A stretch of DNA of 23,858 bases, from assembly GCA_001724265.1 (NCBI GenBank), contig MEDY01000084.1, positions 62,001-85,858 on the forward strand, read 5' to 3'. Position 1 is the stretch's first letter, and each line of letters begins with the position of its first letter. The notes under the pieces were generated by a model. It ran no database searches and was not told where the DNA came from. It saw only the letters and a list, made by a program, of their open reading frames with translations. Positions 21,778 through 23,858 of the stretch are shown here, piece after piece. A program made the translations under genes and the position numbers. The DNA is from Rhizaria sp. SCN 62-66 (lineage: Eukaryota).

Positions 21778-22578
21778 ATGTCCGCTTCTGCCGAGCCTGT
21801 GCCCGCCGCCACCGCTGCCGCCGTGGCCACCGAGACGCCCGCGGTGACGGTGCCGACCGCGTCCACCGTGCACAAGCTGCAGTCCGAGTGGGCGTTCTGG
21901 TACGACGAGCGCAAGCCTCACACGACTGACTTTACCGACTACAAGCAGTCCCTCACCAAGCTCTCTTCCTTCAACACTCTCGAGGGCTTCTGGCAGACGT
22001 ACGGCAACATCGCGAACCCGGACTCGTACCCGCGCGAGTGCTCGCTGTACCTCGTCCGCGGCAAGTCCACCCCGGCCTGGGAGTCCTTCCCCAACGGCGG
22101 CTGCTGGATCATCCGTGTCCGCAAGCGCAACACCCTCATTGACCGTCTCTGGGAGGAGCTTTGCTTCGCGTGTGTCGGCGAGCTTTTCGCGCACCCCGAC
22201 GTCTGCTGCATCGGTGTCTCCACGCGCAACCGCGAGGACGTGCTCACCGTGTGGAATATTGACAACTCGAACCCCAACACGCGCTTTATCATCGGCGAGA
22301 AGCTCCGTGAGCTGCTGAACCTCGACGCCTCCACTCAGGTCGACTACAAGACGTTCCTGTCCGCGATCCAGGACGGCTCTTCGTTCAAGAACGCGCAGTC
22401 GTACATGTACGCCAACGCCAACGTCAACAGCACTGCGATGCCCGCGCTGCCTGTCGTCAACGCCCCTGCGCCCTCGAGCAACAATAACGCGCGGAATAGT
22501 ATGGCGAGTCTGCGCAAGAGTCCCGCGTTCGTGCCCGCTGCTGCGGCCGCCGCGCCCGCGCCCGCGCCCCTCGAGTAA
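21778..22578 (+). CDS. eIF4E: eIF4E family cap-binding protein, class III-like, 266 aa
   Basis: Contains HKLQSEWAFWY, FNTLEGFWQTY, LYLVRG..PAWE, NGGCW, LWEELCFACVGE and GVSTRNREDVLTVWN. The start was placed at the ATG where GC-rich codon usage begins, and the stop is TAA. Confidence 0.93.
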   Translation: MSASAEPVPAATAAAVATETPAVTVPTASTVHKLQSEWAFWYDERKPHTTDFTDYKQSLTKLSSFNTLEGFWQTYGNIANPDSYPRECSLYLVRGKSTPAWESFPNGGCWIIRVRKRNTLIDRLWEELCFACVGELFAHPDVCCIGVSTRNREDVLTVWNIDNSNPNTRFIIGEKLRELLNLDASTQVDYKTFLSAIQDGSSFKNAQSYMYANANVNSTAMPALPVVNAPAPSSNNNARNSMASLRKSPAFVPAAAAAAPAPAPLE

Positions 22579-23334
22579 GTAAGTCAGTCAGTCAATCAGC
22601 TAACGATTCAGTGACACAAGCAGTCTGTCGTGGACTTATCGCACAGTGTCGAGAGAGAGAGATGACAGGAGGGAGAAGTTATAAAGGGGCGTGCGAGGCT
22701 CTGCGCAGGCTGCCAATTGGATGATCGGATTATCGGATTACATAGGTGAGAGTAAGAGAAAAAGACAGAGATGTTGTCAGCCCACACACGCATGTTTGAG
22801 ATAGCAACCACTCACACGCGCGTGCATCATCATGCTTTTAGCAATTGCGTGCGTGGCCAGTTAGTGCGAGTGCGTGAGTGGGGCTGCAAGAGGAGGATTT
22901 ATGCAAGAAAAGTACAAAATGAACAATACATATCAATACATAACAGAAAAACAATAACTTTGACTTGATCTTCTATCTGAATAGTTTGAAAATAGCTCAA
23001 GTGCGCACTCGTGACTGTGAATTACGTCAAGGAAAGAATAACGACAGGATCCTCACACGCACCGACAAGTGCAGCCCAATCCAAACAATTGTTTTGAAGG
23101 ATGTCTTGTTCAAAGTGAGCGATATTTAACTTGAAACTGTGGTATAGCAAATTTAAATTAGATATGTACCCGATAATTGCAGTTGAATATTGATAGGCGC
23201 ACATTACAGCAATGCATCGTTGAAAGCATGATGGTGCTGCCAAGCCGCCAGATCTTGAGCATGCCGAGACGAGCTTCACCAAAATGTTTTTATCGTGCCA
23301 TTGCCAACATCAGATGACACTATTGTAAAGTACT

Positions 23335-23858
23335 ATGGGGGTAAGCCACTGCGCTTTGTCTGCTATATTCTGTTTATTTTGCCTTAAGTTACAGCCGACA
23401 ACAGATGCGTCACTTTGGGTTGCGACCGACCAATCTTCCTGAGGTCATCCTTTGCCTCTTTCACCTTCGCAACCAGTTGCATTGTTTCGCATGTCGCGCT
23501 TTGATTAGGCACCCACCATGACATCACGAGTGTCGAGCTGTAAGATATGTGGCAAAACAATTCACTCCACAGGCAAAGGTCGCCCCCAAAGTCTTTGTCA
23601 AGCTTGCTTCAAGGTAATTGCAGTGCTACGACTTCTCGTGCTCGCTCTCAATATTTTGCAAATCACCTTCCTCTGCATCAAATGACTTTCAAACTTCAAT
23701 ATCGTTGCATCAAAAAGACAATTCCTGCTTTACTTAGACGTAAATCTTGCTGACTGTTCAACATTGATGTTGCTTCACCGCTTCTCCTGCCACAGGCCGA
23801 AACTAAACTGCAAGACGAGGTCGTCCCGTCCGCTCACCATGGTCACGACACTCCGTCA
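23335..23858 (+). CDS. Partial gene (5' end) with a C4 zinc-ribbon motif; putative exons 23335-23340, 23509-23613, 23796->23858
   Basis: GTAAGC..TAG and GTAATT..CAG introns join in frame to give MG|APTMTSRVSSCKICGKTIHSTGKGRPQSLCQACFK|AETKLQDEVVPSAHHGHDTPS..., with a CxxC-x15-CxxC motif. The frame runs off the window. Confidence 0.55.

Overview
Eukaryotic, probably protist, genomic DNA with GC-rich exons and AT-rich GT-AG introns (donor mostly GTACGN). I could reconstruct seven spliced or unspliced protein genes: Mog1 (-), a 1959-aa Vps39/TGFBRAP1-family tethering subunit (+), GINS subunit Sld5 (-), a mitochondrion-targeted, probably non-catalytic PCD-like protein (+), a FYVE-like/FH3/FH1/FH2 formin (-), a conserved coiled-coil protein (-) and a class-III-like eIF4E (+). 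A probable C4 zinc-ribbon gene is cut off at the right edge. Two RNA genes are absent from the ORF track: an RNase MRP RNA (about 1568-1938, +) and an intact tRNA gene (14008-14080, -). The tRNA is the highlight. It has a tRNA-Glu-type body and the anticodon CUA, so it is an amber (UAG)-decoding tRNA. None of the seven genes whose stop codon is visible ends in TAG (5 TGA, 2 TAA), which is compatible with UAG reassignment or programmed UAG readthrough. However, no in-frame TAG was seen in the reconstructed exons either, so reassignment is not demonstrated here.
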